In this document: positions 1-12,479 of the stretch, piece by piece
Position numbering within the stretch: position 1 is the first letter of the stretch
Layout: the number at the start of each line of letters is the position of its first letter
Assembly: GCF_018350175.1 (NCBI RefSeq)
Contig: NC_058368.1
Coordinates: 1,426,001 to 1,490,000 of the forward strand
Source of the DNA: Felis catus
Lineage: Eukaryota
Direction of reading: 5' to 3'
DNA: 64,000 nt
Position numbers and translations under genes: made by a program
Notes under the pieces: model-generated
Databases searched by the model: none
Told to the model about the DNA's origin: nothing
The model's input: only the letters and a program-made list of their open reading frames with translations

Positions 1-849
1 AAGGTTCACAGGTCAGCAACGATGGGGCCCTTGCCTGATTCTCCACCTGCACCTGGATCCCAGCATCCCCTGCATGGAGCACCGACTCCACCTACACGGG
101 GCCACTTCCGGGTCTTTGACGACTCCTCCCTGTTCTGTGCCCCATGGAATCTTTTCCACCGAAGTCCCCACCGCACATCCGGGGCCTACTACGTGCCAGA
201 TGCTAGGCGTGTGCAAACCAGACAGACGCTGCCCCCACCCTCACCGTCTTTCTTCCCGAGATCATCCTTCTCGCAGTGGTGCCTATTAATCCGTCCAGCT
301 CATCTCCCTTCCGCAACCATCTGTGAAGCTTCAGCTGACTCGCTCCCCTTCAGCTCAGGGCCGTTGCAGGAGGCAGCAGATGAGCCCTGGTATTTGGGAG
401 GTGGGCGGAACTGGGGTCAAACCCCACCTGGGCCTCTCGCTCACACCGGGGATTCAGAAACTTAGGCAACCTTTGACGGCAGCTATCTCATCCACGGGAC
501 GTGCAAGGGGGCACTGGACTCCCAACAGATAACACAAGTGTAAGGTGTGTAACAAGTTCTGGGCTCATCTCAGGAAGCCTTTGATAAGCCAGCGCTTATG
601 TTTACCACTACGTGTGCATGAAACACACTAATTTTTCCCACGGAATTATCACATTGTAGGACTATTTGTTTGCACGTGCCTTCTCCCCCACTAGTCTAAG
701 AGTCTCAAGGGCAGTAACTACTCGTTTTTAATTTTGGAATCCTCTTTCCTGGCACAGTACTTGGACAAAAAATCACGGGTCTGCCTTCGGCTTATTCGCT
801 CAATTACCCCTGAGAGGCAGAGATGGGGAATCACACGGCTCTGGCCAGC

Positions 850-1200
850 ATCGTGTTTTCCTAATAGCAAACAGAAGGATCCTAATGCACAGAGAAGGAA
901 CCCGAGCGGCTAACAGACAGCCACACTCAGATACCTGAGGTGCTGACATTCAGCGGCCCCCAGGCTTGAACGGGTCTGTTTTCCCGGTGGTCCCCTCCCC
1001 CCTCAGCAAATCCTCGAACCTCCTTCCTGCACTGACCAAAGCGCACACAGGCCTGCTTGTCCCTTCTGGACACGGGCGCCAGGGCCCTCTGATCTCTGAA
1101 ATATGCTGACCCCAGAAAGCGGCAGCCTGGGTCCAGCTGTTCATTCTTCTGACTCCACAGAACACAGGTGGCCCCAGGAGGCCTCTACCATCAGGCTGAG
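850..1200 (-). pseudogene. Possible sacsin-like SRR3 fragment
   Basis: NSWTQAAAFWGQHISE resembles ESWLKNAWHFISE. LLFAIRKTRC resembles VFHALMKAGC. Confidence 0.4.
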
Positions 1201-1899
1201 GGCCCAGGGGTCTGGGAGCTTTGCTGCGCAATAGAATCACCTGGCGGTCTTAAAAAAATACTGAAGCCTGGCTCCCATCCATGGGGCTTCAAGGGTTTTC
1301 CAGTTCCCTGGGGGATTTTTTAAATGCTTAGCAAAGACTGGAGAGCCTGGGGACTAAGCTCACAGAGCAGGAGTCTCTCGCTGGTGCCCCCTCTGGATGT
1401 GTGGGCCACAAAGAACACGGAGCAGCTGTGACATCGCAGGATCAGGGCTGAGGGCTCCTGTCCTAACACCCAGGACAGACGGACCGCGGTCACAGCCCCA
1501 ATCCTGAGGCAGCGAAATCACTCTTCGGGGAGGGAAGGTAGATTTTTCCACTATGGAGTGCCACGGTTTGAAAAACAAGCAAACAAAAACAACAGTGAGT
1601 CTTTTAAAGTTAAGATGAAAACTGCCCTTAACCTGACTTCCCAGCTGGGGCGATGGGGAGCTCACTTTTCTTCTCTCAGGTGCTAGTTCCTCCTTGCAAG
1701 AGATCGGAAGGACAATGCGGACCCTGACTCCAGGGAGCTCACAGCCTAAGGGCACAGACAGACCCACCAAGTGACGAGACTACCGAGCAGCCGAAAGAGC
1801 GTTCAGAGGGAGGTGGGAAGCCGAGTCTAAGGAGCAGACCGAAGGCGGGAAGAGGCTGGCCGGGGGAGCGCCAGGGAGGTTTCGGAGACGCAGGACCCA

Positions 1900-2600
1900 C
1901 CTTGAGCTGGGTCTTGAACAGGTGGTTGTGGGAGCCTCTCACCCAGGCGGGTGGAGGGCAGGCGCGGGAGCAAGACGATCGGCTGTGCAGCTGGGGTGTG
2001 CGGGTGTTTGCAGTGGGGGGGGGGGGCAGCAGGGAAGGGGGTGGGGAGGAGGGGGGCCACCTCCGCCGCCAGCAGAGGAGTGAGTGGCCGATGAACCCCG
2101 CGTGCGGGACAGGGCAGGCCGGGGCGCTGGCGACAGAGAGGGCCACGGCGGTAAAGCTGAGCCGGAGAGGTCGCCGGGGGCTCGGCTAGGCCAGAGCTTG
2201 CGCGGAGGGAGCTCCCCACGCGGCGCGTTTGGCCACAGCTGAGCACCCGCCCTGCGCCAAGTGGCAGGCGTCGCGGGCACAGCCTGGCGGGCACCCGAAG
2301 GCTCCCCCGGTGCTCTCGGCGCCGCCGTAAGCCGTTCCGGAAATGGTGTGATTTCCTCGTCACCCCCGTCGCTGCCGCATCAGGAACACCACGTGCCGGG
2401 AGGGGGTGTGCACACCGCGTGCGCGTGCCCAAGGCCTGCGGGGACGGGGGCAGGGCGCGCGCTGGGGCGCCCGGTGGCCCAGTCGGTTGAGCGTCCGACT
2501 TCGGCTCGGGTCGTGATCTCGTGGCTCGTGCGTTCGAGCTCCGCGTCGGGGTCTGTGCTGATGGCTCGGAGCCCGAGCCTGCTTCGGAGTCTGTGTCTCC
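1900..2600. promoter_or_regulatory. CpG-island-like GC-rich segment overlying an L2-like remnant and a SINE
   Basis: Dense CpG (gcgcgg, ccgcgtgcgcgtg, gggcgcgc) compared with the flanks. Confidence 0.6.
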
Positions 2601-2690
2601 CTCTCTGGCCCTCCCCCCACTCATGCTCTGTCTCTCTCTCTCTCTCTCTCTCTCTGTCTCAAAAATAAATAAACGTTAAAAAAATTCTAA
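2464..2690 (+). mobile_element. Feliform Can-SINE (SINEC_Fc-type)
   Basis: GGGGCGCC..GTGGC.CAGTCGGTT head, (CT)n, AATAAA and A-tail. Confidence 0.95.
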
Positions 2691-2949
2691 ATAATTTTAG
2701 GGGGTTTCCCCTAAAAAAAAAAAAAAGAACTAGGGCATGCTTGCCTGCTCCCCCCCCCCCCCCCCATTCTCCTCCCTTCTCTCTCACCCAGCAGGAGGCC
2801 CATTTGCTGCCCAACACAGACCTCGGTCACCAGTCACCCTCCTTGTGTTCACAATTTGAGGGCTCCCCGCAGAGGTCCAGACAGATAAACCCGTGGGTTG
2901 ATTTAAAAAAAAAAAAAAAAAAAGGGAGAACTTTCTTTGGTGATTAGAT

Positions 2950-4800
2950 TAGATGCCAAAGAGATGATCGCTTATCCCATGGAGATTCATTTTCCCTCTT
3001 TCCGGGGAGAGTGCCTTCCGGGAAGCATGTAATTGCCTTGGCACCAAACCAGCCATGAGAACCCAAGAGTGGGAGGGTGGTTTTGCTGAATCTACACAAG
3101 GTCCTGGTTACGCACCTAACAGGCTGTCGGGGCAGCTGTGGTTCTGGCCCAGCAGCATGAGGCCTCGGCTCCCATAGTGAATTCAGCTGGGAGCTATCAC
3201 AACAGAACTTCCTTCTCTTTTCCAAGGGGAGAAGCATGCTTCGTATATGGCTTTCTCTTCAACTGCTCAAAGTGTGCACTGTTGCTCACAATGTGTAAGA
3301 CGAGGAACTGGCCGTGATCAGTGAGGGTTCAGCTGCAGAGCGCAAGTCCACGGTAGCTTACTTTTAGCAGGAAGAGGTTCAGTATAGGGTAGTCAACAGC
3401 CTACGGTGTTATGAAAGGGTCGAAGAAAAAGACTCAAGGTTTAGAAATGACTCCCCAAACCACACCTCAGGACCAGGCCACCAAGGAAACTGCTACCAGC
3501 CCAGAACACCTCTCTTCTGCCTCCACCTGGTCCAGAAGCCACAACGTCTCCCCCGGCTCCAGACCCAAACTACACTGTCGTGATCTGCCCCGGGGCCCGC
3601 CTCTTGACTTCCTCCTAGCTATTGGCTCGTCCTGGGCTCTCCACTGAACGAACACCCTCCCAGCCGTGCCTGCCAGGGGAGCAGAGTCGCGGTTCTGCAT
3701 CACTTAGGCTCCAGCGCCCGCCGGAGAGGGTCTGATCTGCTCAACGCAAATCAGACTCGGATGCCAACTGGCTGGAAATGGAGAATCTCCTGTTCATTTT
3801 CTGCAACGCAAGGACTGAAAAGAAGACCAAACACCAGGGCGCATCTCCACACAGAGCCCTTCGTGAGGCAGGGAGAGGATAGGCGCTCAAACCCATTGCC
3901 GGACTCAGGAAGCAAGGAAATCCCGTCTCCCTATGATGCCTTCCCCAGCCTTTGGTCGGGGCAGGCGGGTCTTCTCTCCATCTCCTACAAGCTATACGAT
4001 GGGACATCTGCGTTCTGCTGCTATCGTGCGCCCAGCCCGGTTTCCCTCCCCTTTCTATCTGCTCACATGAGTCTTCTCCAGCCTTGAAAATACAGTTCAA
4101 GTCTTCGGTGAAGACCTAACTACTCTGTCCTTGCGAGTTCTCCCTCTCCCTGGGTACTAGGCTTGACAGTTTCCTCCACGCCACTTAGCGTCCGTGGAAC
4201 CTCAGTGTGTGAGGCCCCCGATCGCCCTGTCATGAATTCCTGTGTGATAATCTCAAACCTCCGATTAGATGAACCCCCGTAGAAAGAACCGGGCCTGAGT
4301 CTGCATTCCTAACAGTTTTTGTAGCTCAGTGCTGAAACACAAAAGCCACTCAATTCCTATCCTCTGATAAGTCTTGTTTACTACGTTGTTAGAGGGGATA
4401 ACGATGCCAGCTCCACTTCTCCCTGTGTGTGTGGTTGGATTCAGATCAAGAGAGGCGATGTACAGGAAAAGGCACCGTGGCCTTCCCTATTACTGCTGCT
4501 GGGGGGAATCTGCTTTTATTCCCAAACCACACTGCAAATGAGTCTGAGAACTTGGCTCGTGGAGCTTGGGTCTCGGGTCTTACAGGGCTCCTCTGCCCGG
4601 TGGAGACATGACCAGTCTGCCTGTCTCAGGTAGAGCAGCTCAAGTGAAGCATGAAGACAGAAGACGGGGCGAGACGCCCGACGTGCGGTCTGGGCTTTAC
4701 CTCAGGCATTAATTATAGTTGGCACAGAGGCAGACTCCTCGTTTTCGCCCTTCTCCAAAACAAACGGAATTGAGTAAGAAGGCCAGCCCTCGAGACTTTG
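2950..4800 (-). pseudogene. Sacsin-like SRR3 sr1-sr2 fragments
   Basis: FGEG..TIINA* resembles FGQKE..SILNAY. ICSVVWE*KQIP resembles ICFVFDPRQHP. ISSQLASESD (3779-3750) resembles ISSVPASDRM. RCVTRTLCRF..LPLL resembles YCLVKALYNC..LPVV. Confidence 0.65.
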
Positions 4801-5049
4801 AAGCCGGGTTCTCCTCTTCTTCCTCTCCAGGGAGGTTCCTGCAGCAGCCGCAAAGGTGGTCAGTCTGGGTGGAGACAGTCCTGGCCGGTTCACAGAAACA
4901 GTGGGACTCGCCAGGCCTTGGTCTCTCCCGGTTACTCCGCGTGAGTTTCGCGGACAGGTCCGCCTCACAGAAGGGCCGGCACTGGCTTCAGATGGGAGAG
5001 AAGAGAAAACATGCGGAGCCTTCGCTAGTCTCCCTAGATCACTCTCCTC

Positions 5050-6315
5050 AACCCCGTGAAAAGAAAAAGAAGGCAAACTGGTTTTCGGTGATTTGCATAC
5101 ACCCATCTCCAACACAAACCCTAACTCACTTAAAATCCTTTAAATCTGCTGTGCATCTTCCAACAAAAAATATCGTGCCCGAAAAATCGATATGGTGTTG
5201 CTTAAGACAGCGCAACTGAAATACGCAGAATAAAAATTCACAGATACATTTGGAGTGAGTCTGATAAGACAACGGAAGTTTGAGATAATTTTGTACCTCA
5301 GTCTGGGTTCTAAGTGCAGACCCTGAATACAGGTGAGGTACCAGATCCACGGGCCCTTTTCCATTTTGTCACCACTGATCTATATTTATTAGGACAAAAT
5401 TGTGATTCCTCATGAATTTAAGCTGGAACAGGCAACTTTTCTTAAGCCTGCTTCTATTACTTGGTCATTCCTGTCTTTTCTGTACAAACTCTTATTTGTA
5501 GTGAATATCATCATTGTTTTCCAGGCCCCGTATCTGATGAATTGCAGCAAAATATTGTGAAAGACCACATTGGTGGCTCTGAATATTAAGATCTAAAGGA
5601 CAGACGGTGACCAGAAAGTAATTGCCGACAATTTTTGAATGGCCATTCCAAGAAACAACTCTGGCTCAGAAGATGACAGTTTTTTAGAGAAATGATAAAG
5701 GATGCTCAGTGATCCACTTAGTTCTGGTCTTTGAGATGTAAGAGTGAGCCTCGAGGATACACAGGGTTTGGTCGTTTTAAAAAATGTTCCATACCAAAAA
5801 TTTCTGCCTATGGATACTGATGGAAGTTTAGGACATATGGTGCCCAACACAGTCAGTTTTGTACTGGAAAAGATTAATTACAATTGAGTCATAAAATGGC
5901 CATCTGGCAGTGTCAGCCTTCTCCACTGGCTGGGGAGCTTGGTATGAAGGAGAAAGTTGATGGCTTTCCATTAAAGTGCATTTTCATTTCTCATCTGGGT
6001 CATATCCTTTTTTGCCTCCCCATCCTCGTATACTTTTTAGTGTTGGTACTTGCCAGACAGTTGCAGGTGAGACACAAGCCTGAAAGCCGGGATTTGATAC
6101 AAATCTTCAGCTGCCTTAAAGCATGAAAAGAGTTGTTTCCCTGACCTTCACGTAATGAAACAGATCATCCACAACCCAGTGTTGGGCTTCTGAAGCCCTA
6201 CAGACTGTTTTAAATGGCAAGCTGTGATAGGAAAAGGCTAAGATTGTCTGAATACTATGTCTTTTGTAGAAGGAGCAATACTTCCTGAAAGTGCTGATGT
6301 TGCCATAGTTGACAA
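5050..6315 (-). pseudogene. Sacsin-like SRR2 C-terminal fragment
   Basis: LQKPNTGLW..FKAAEDLYQ..LVSHLQ resembles LTKPAGFSLDW..FAATDLY..IVCLLQ. LYHFSKKL..IQKLSAITF resembles CYKYLHEAL..IDKLKPFSF. DLVPHLY resembles EAAPYLY. QITENQF (5095-5075) resembles QITEENF. Confidence 0.75.
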
Positions 6316-6339
6316 GAAAAAAAAAAAAAAGAGGAAATC

Positions 6340-7620
6340 CAAATAAATTTATATGAAAGAGAGGGAGAAAGACTCTTCCAGAAACTGTTAAGAAAAATGA
6401 TGAGGGGCGCCTGGGTGGCTCAGTCGGTTAAGCGCCGGACTTCGGCTCAGGTCATGACCTCACGGTTTGTGGGTTCGAGCCCCGCGTCAGGCTCTGTACT
6501 GACAGCCCAGAGACTGGAACCTGCTTCGGATTCTGCGTCTCCCTCTCCCTCTGCCCCTCCCCCACTCGCACTCTGCTTCTCTCTGTCAAAAATAAATAAA
6601 CATTAAAAATTAAAAAAAAAAAAAGAAAATGATGACATAGGCCACAGACTAGGAGAAAATATTTGCAGTACACATTATCTTCCAAAAAATTTCATTCCAA
6701 AATACCTAAGGAACGCCTACAAATGCATGACAACAGGCCATTGAAAATAGAATGACTTCAATAGACTTTCACAGAAGAAGATACATGTCGGGTCGAAAAG
6801 CGCATGAACACATCCTCAATGTCATTGTCAGAGAATGAAACCCACATTAAAGTACACTCACACTCACTAGAATGGCTAAAATGAAAAGACCACCTAGCTG
6901 AAGTGTTGACAAAGATGCAGAACAAGAGAAACTCTCATACGTTGCCGGTAGGAACGTAAACTGGTGCAGCCCCTTCAAAAAACAGATCGGCCATTTCTTA
7001 TACTTAAGCTTAGGCTTGCAGTATGATTCGTCAGCCCCTTTTCTAGAAAGAGAAATAAAGACATTTTCACAAAAAGCCTCGTAAACAAACGTTCATAGAA
7101 GCTTTATTCCTAAAAGCCAAAACATGGGGAAAACAACAACAGCAAAGTTGTCTCTGAGTGGACAGCTGTTGCCCTTGTTGTTGAATGGACAGCTATGGTG
7201 AATGGACCAATTATGGTATGTCCATACATACGGAAACTTTACTGCTCAGCAATAAGAAAGATGAACTCCTGACACACACGATGACACGGATGCCTCTCAA
7301 AAACATCCTGAGAGCAAAAAAGCCGGACACAAAGAGCTCACACTGTCTGAATACATTTATGTGAAGCTCTCGACTGGCGGAACAAATCTCTAGTGACAGA
7401 AATCACATGAGTAGTTGCCTGGGGCAGGGAGTTGGAGGAGGATTGACTGCAAAGGGTACAAGGGAACTTAATGTGATCGGTGGGAGAAACGTTCTATACC
7501 CGGCTTGGGATAGCAGTTACAGGGGTGTACACATTTGTCAAGATTCACCAAACTGTGTACTTGCAATGTGCACATTTTGTTGCCTGTAAATTATACTTAC
7601 ATGAAGTTGATTAACAACAA
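6340..7620 (+). mobile_element. Old L1 3' fragment (L1M-type ORF2 end / 3'UTR), hosting a SINE
   Basis: cactagaatggctaaaatgaaaa, ggtgcagcc, gtgtacacatttgtcaag..cttgcaatgtgcacatttt typical of L1 3' ends. Confidence 0.8.
6404..6623 (+). mobile_element. Feliform Can-SINE with TSD aagaaaa(a)tgatga
   Basis: Full head, body and tail; flanking direct repeat. Confidence 0.95.
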
Positions 7621-8950
7621 CAGCAGACTTCTTCAGAATTAGTCACCTATGGAAGCTCTCCCTCTTTCAGGTTGGCAGGTTTTCATGCGGACATGATGGA
7701 AATTAGTTCTGATAGTTAGTGACCCTCATACGAATATTGAACAGGACTTATTTTTATCTGGTTTTAGGACGCTCATATTGTAAGTCAAAGAGTTGCTTTG
7801 ATTTCTCAGCACATTCCAGATTTAACCCGAAAAGCATGCTTTTAAGCCTGACTTTAAATTTTTCGTGTAGCACCGCTATGTCTTGGAGAAACGGCTGATT
7901 CTGTTTTACAGTTTTCCAGAAAAAAGGGCATTTAAAAAAAAGAAGAAGAAAAATTGAAGCTAGAGTTGTGCGTGTTAAAATTTTACCTCAGTTTACAACA
8001 TATTTTCTGATTGAAACAATGTCTTCAAAATATCTATAAATGCCATGTTATCGGTCTGTCATAAGCATGCTTTTTTTTTTTTTTCAACGTTTATTTATTT
8101 GGGACAGAGAGAGACAGAGCATGAACGGGTGAGGGGAAGAGAGAGAGGGAGACACAGAATCGGAAACAGGCTCCAGGCTCTGAGCCATCAGCCCAGAGCC
8201 CGACGCGGGGCTCGAACTCACGGACCGCGAGATCGTGACCTGGCTGAAGTCGGACGCTTAACTGACTGCGCCACCCAGGCGCCCCATAAGCATGCTTTTT
8301 AAAAAAGAAAAAATGAAGATTATCAATCCATTCTCTTGGTCATGCCCTAGTCAAATCAGACTCGGGCACATCCTGTCATCTGCTCTCCTTCCCTTCCCTG
8401 CCCTTTCACCATCACACAAGAAGGTAGTCATTCCAGAAAGGGTGTAACATGTTTTTTTAAATATCATCCTATTACTTCATCAACCCTCCGTCAACCCAAA
8501 GATAAATATAGCAGGGAATTATGAAAAGGCAATGGCAAAAAGGTAACTATGGCAAGGAAATTCTTAGGTGGCTTAAGAGACAAGTGTCTGTGGCTGTGAC
8601 TCACTTGTAGAACTACCTGTCTGACTCCACAATAGACGTGTTGGTGTGCTGTGACAGGGACAGCCCTCTTTCATCTTTTCGTAGCAACTCCGTCTTACCA
8701 GGAAGCCCATCAAGCAACTGGAACACGCATTCCGATAGACAGATGTGATATGCCGATGGATAAATGTAAAGCTTGACAAGAAGGGTATACTAGAAACCAA
8801 ATATCCAAGTCCAGATGGACGAGTTAAGATAAAATACAATCCTGTTGTTTCCCAGTAAAAAATTTACTCACAGCTATGGTATCCCCAGCATTCATACACA
8901 TTATTGTTGGGGATCTTTGCCAACACACACCAAGACTTTGAAAAGTCCCT
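7620..8950 (-). pseudogene. Sacsin-like SRR2 sr3 fragment (split by the SINE at 8071-8285)
   Basis: LHP/SGMTTFLCDGE resembles LIHPEGRVAKLFDIKDG. LI*LG/MTK (about 8360-8335) resembles LVQLGMAK. Confidence 0.55.
8071..8285 (-). mobile_element. Young feliform Can-SINE with TSD ataagcatgctttt
   Basis: Near-consensus, CpGs intact, clear TSD at 8061 and 8286. Confidence 0.95.
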
Positions 8951-9189
8951 ATTGGCCACCTGATTATTCTTCCAATAGGTCATTCTAAGCAAACAATTAG
9001 ACGTACCTAGCTTTACATACAAAAGAGTCTATGCATAATTCATAAGAGTAAAAATGTTGACTGTATTCTAACTATCCTACAATGGGGGAAATTCAAAAAT
9101 AAATGATGGTAATACGATGAAATACTATTCATCCAAAAATTAACTTATGGTATTCCCCTCTAGGCCCGTCCTCTCTCATGCATTGCAGT

Positions 9190-9400
9190 AAAGCATAGTG
9201 TTAAACTTGTATGTCTGAAGGCAGATAGGCTACGTTCAAATCCCAGCTTTGGAACATTCTGTGTGACCCTGGAATATTTACTTATCTAAGACCCAGTTTC
9301 CTTCTATACAAATAATAAGGTTACCATCAAAATAAGAAAAATAATTAATAAAAAGAACTGGGCTTAATAAATGTTTCTGGTGACTTGATACACATTTTGG
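9190..9400 (+). mobile_element. MIR remnant
   Basis: gttcaaatcccagct..tgtgtgaccctgga..cagtttccttctatacaaata core. Confidence 0.7.
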
Positions 9401-10280
9401 TAACTTTGGTTACTATCAGAAGTCGCCTGAGGTACCTTAAAAACACTGACGCTTGGGTTCTACACCCAGAAATTCTGATGTGGTTGGTTTGGGATGTGGA
9501 CTCAACATCCACGTTTTTCAAAGTTCCTCAAGTTCCTTCCATCCTCTAATTCTGGTCATGCAGGAATAGCTTGTATTGGACTACCCATTCTGCTAACAAC
9601 AATTACAAACTCTGGTCAGAATAGAAGCACCGACAGTTTGAGCACACAGGAGCAAGAGCCGATCAAGAGCAGGCGAGCCTTCTTCCTTGAGAGAAGGGAG
9701 GCACACTGATGAACTCCACATTTAACCAGCTTTTCCATTGAGGGCACTGTCCAGTGGCCTCAATGGAAACCAAAATAGGCAGTGGAGCCGACAGACACAG
9801 CTTCAAGTTCAGAGCTGCCATGGCAGCTGAGAAGGGAAGAGAAGCATCCCAGAGAGCAGAATGAATGAAGGGGGGTTCACAGATCACTGTAAAGTTTCCT
9901 TAAGATCCTTGATAGCTTATAAACTAGGCATGTGCATAAAGAGACACCCAGGAATCCAGCAGAAAGCAGCACCTTAGCGGGTTCGAGCTGTATCTCAGCA
10001 GGTTCTGAATGCTCGGAGAGTTCTGAGTTTGAGTCCCACCTAATTAGATAGGGCTCAGCAGACGGGCTGTTCCTGAAAAACTAGAAGAACCACACCCTAG
10101 GAGGAAGAATCACATCCCAAGACAAAAGCTATGCCCTAGATTAATGGCAAAGCCCAAAACCAAGCTTTCACAGGATTGAGGTGATCCACCAGTAACTTAA
10201 ATGCCTTCCAGATCAAAACAACACACTTTAGAGGAAGATGACTCGGAGTCTCTACAACTTATCATTCCCAAACAATAATG

Positions 10281-10499
10281 GTTTTTAAAAACATTTTTTT
10301 AATGCTTATTTTTGATAGAGAGAGAAAGAGAGAGCAGCGGAGGGTCAGGGAGAGAGAGAGGGAGACACAGAATCCAAAACAGTCTCCAGGCTCCGAGCTG
10401 TCAGCACAGAGCCTGATGCGGGAATCAGACTCATGGACCTGGAGATCATGACCTGGTCCGAAGTTGGATGCTTAACCGACTGAGCCACCCAGGTGCCCC
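10281..10499 (-). mobile_element. Feliform Can-SINE, TSD aaacaataatg
   Basis: Reverse-complement SINE consensus with TSD. Confidence 0.95.
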
Positions 10500-11237
10500 A
10501 AACAATAATGATTTTTTTAAAGACACAAGACAATTAAAAAGCCTGAAAATGGGGCCATATCAAGATAATAGAAATAGGCCTATAGATAACTTACAGGTTG
10601 AATTTAACAGACAAGCAATTTAAAATAGCTATTATAAATATGCTAAAGGATTTACAAGAAAGATAATAAGGGCAAAGAGATAAAGAATCTCAGCAGAGAA
10701 ACTTTAGCAGAGAAACATTTTCTTTAGAAAGAAAACAAATAAAAATTCTAGCATTGAGAAATATAGTGCTGAAATTAAAATTCACTGGATAGATTTCATT
10801 AAAGACTCCCCATAGCTGAAGAAAAATTAAGAACTTGACAACAAGTCAACAGATAATATTCGCTTCCCATAGCACAAGGAGAAAAAGAGTCCTCAGGAAG
10901 AATAGCAAACGATTGGTCTAATATATATGCAGTTGAAGCCTAGAAGAAGAGGACAGAGAGAGTGGGGCAAAATAAATTTTAGTGAGATAATCATCATTTC
11001 CTCCCCAAAACTGATGGAAGACAACGCACAGTTCCAAGGAGTAGTCCTCAAGCACGATAAATACAAAAGACATATTATAGTCAAATTTTTGAAAAATGAA
11101 AAATGAAAATAAAGACGAAAGTCTTTGGAAACAACTAACCAGTAAAAAGGACACATTAAACTCAAGGGAATGACAAAGTTAATGATGGTGGACATCTCAA
11201 CAGAAGGAATAGAAGTCAGAGGATATTGAAAATCATC

Positions 11238-11270
11238 TTTTTAAAAAAATTTTTTTAATCTTTATTTATT

Positions 11271-11318
<48 letters not shown>

Positions 11319-11477
11319 GGGCAGCAACAGAGAGATAAGAAGACACAGGATCCAAAGCAGGCTCCAGGTTCTGAGCTGTCAGCACAGAGCCCGACTCAGG
11401 GCTCGAACTCACGATCCATGAGTTCGTGACTTGAGCTGAAGGCGGACACTCAACTGACTGAGCCACTTAGGTGCCCC
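11238..11477 (-). mobile_element. Feliform Can-SINE, TSD aaaatcatct
   Basis: Reverse-complement SINE with (GA)n. Confidence 0.95.
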
Positions 11478-11564
11478 CAAAATCATCTCCTAATAGCTGA
11501 AAGGACAAAATGCCAACCTAGAAAGCTATGTAGAGCAACAAATCTCTTCTGAAAATGTAAGCAA

Positions 11565-11777
11565 GGGGCGCCTGGGTGGTTCAGTCAGTTGGTCGTTCGA
11601 CTTTAGCTCAGGCTATGATCTCACGGTTCATGGGTTTGAGCCCCCACTGGGCTCTGTGCTGACAGCTCAGAGCCTGGAGCCTGCTTCAAATTCTGTGTGT
11701 TCCTCTCTCTCTGCCCTTCTCCCGCTCATGATCTGTCTTTCAAAAATAAATAAACACTAAAAAAAACTTTTTTTAAA
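11565..11777 (+). mobile_element. Feliform Can-SINE, TSD gaaaatgta(a/g)gcaa
   Basis: SINE consensus with TSD. Confidence 0.95.
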
Positions 11778-11922
11778 GAAAATGTAGGCAAAATAAAGAC
11801 TTTGCAGACAAACAAAAACTGAAAGAATTAATTGCTAGGGAATCTTCACTGCATGCTAAAGCAAGTTCTTGAGGCTGAAGGGAATTATTCTAAATTCCCT
11901 AGAATAATTATTCCCTAAAATA

Positions 11923-11927
11923 ATTCA

Positions 11928-11975
<48 letters not shown>

Positions 11976-11980
11976 TGAAT
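11923..11980. repeat. Perfect 58-bp palindrome: attcaagttt-(AT)19-aaacttgaat
   Basis: The arms are exact reverse complements around a self-complementary (AT)n. Confidence 0.9.
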
Positions 11981-12232
11981 CTGCAAGAAAGAACAAAAAT
12001 CACCACAAATGATAAATCTATGGATACATATAAAAAACTATTTTTAAGTTCCCTAAAAGTATATTGTCTGTAAAATGTGAAAATAATAAAAATGTATTTA
12101 TTGCATTATTTATATGTAAGTAGAAATAAAATGTATGACAATAGAGCATGAAGGTCTAGAGATATAAATGGAATTATAATGTTATAAGGTTCTTGCATTG
12201 TATGTGAAGTGGCATATTAATTTAAGTTTTAG

Positions 12233-12401
12233 TTTTTTAATTTTTTAACGTTTATTTATTTGTTTTGAGACAGAGCAAGCAGGGGAGGGGCAGAGAGAGA
12301 GGGAGGGGCAGAATCGCAAGCTGAATCATAAACCGTGAGATGATGACCTGAGCCGATATCAAGAGTGGGATGCTTAACTGACTGAACCATCCAGGAGCCA
12401 C
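12233..12401 (-). mobile_element. Can-SINE, internally deleted
   Basis: Tail, (GA) part and head present; middle missing. Confidence 0.85.
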
Positions 12402-12479
12402 TAAAGTTTCTGGTAGAGGCTGTATAGTGAAATCTCTACAGCAACCACTAAAATATGTTAAACAAAGGGGTTTAACTTT

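Noticed and set aside
1827..2624. 265-aa minus-strand ORF and overlapping ORFs
   Set aside because: Starts in an antisense SINE and runs through GC-rich stop-poor DNA. Low complexity, no recognisable domain.
6404..6480. tRNA genes at SINE heads (A and B boxes)
   Set aside because: These are tRNA-derived Can-SINE promoters followed by SINE body, tail and TSD, not tRNA genes.
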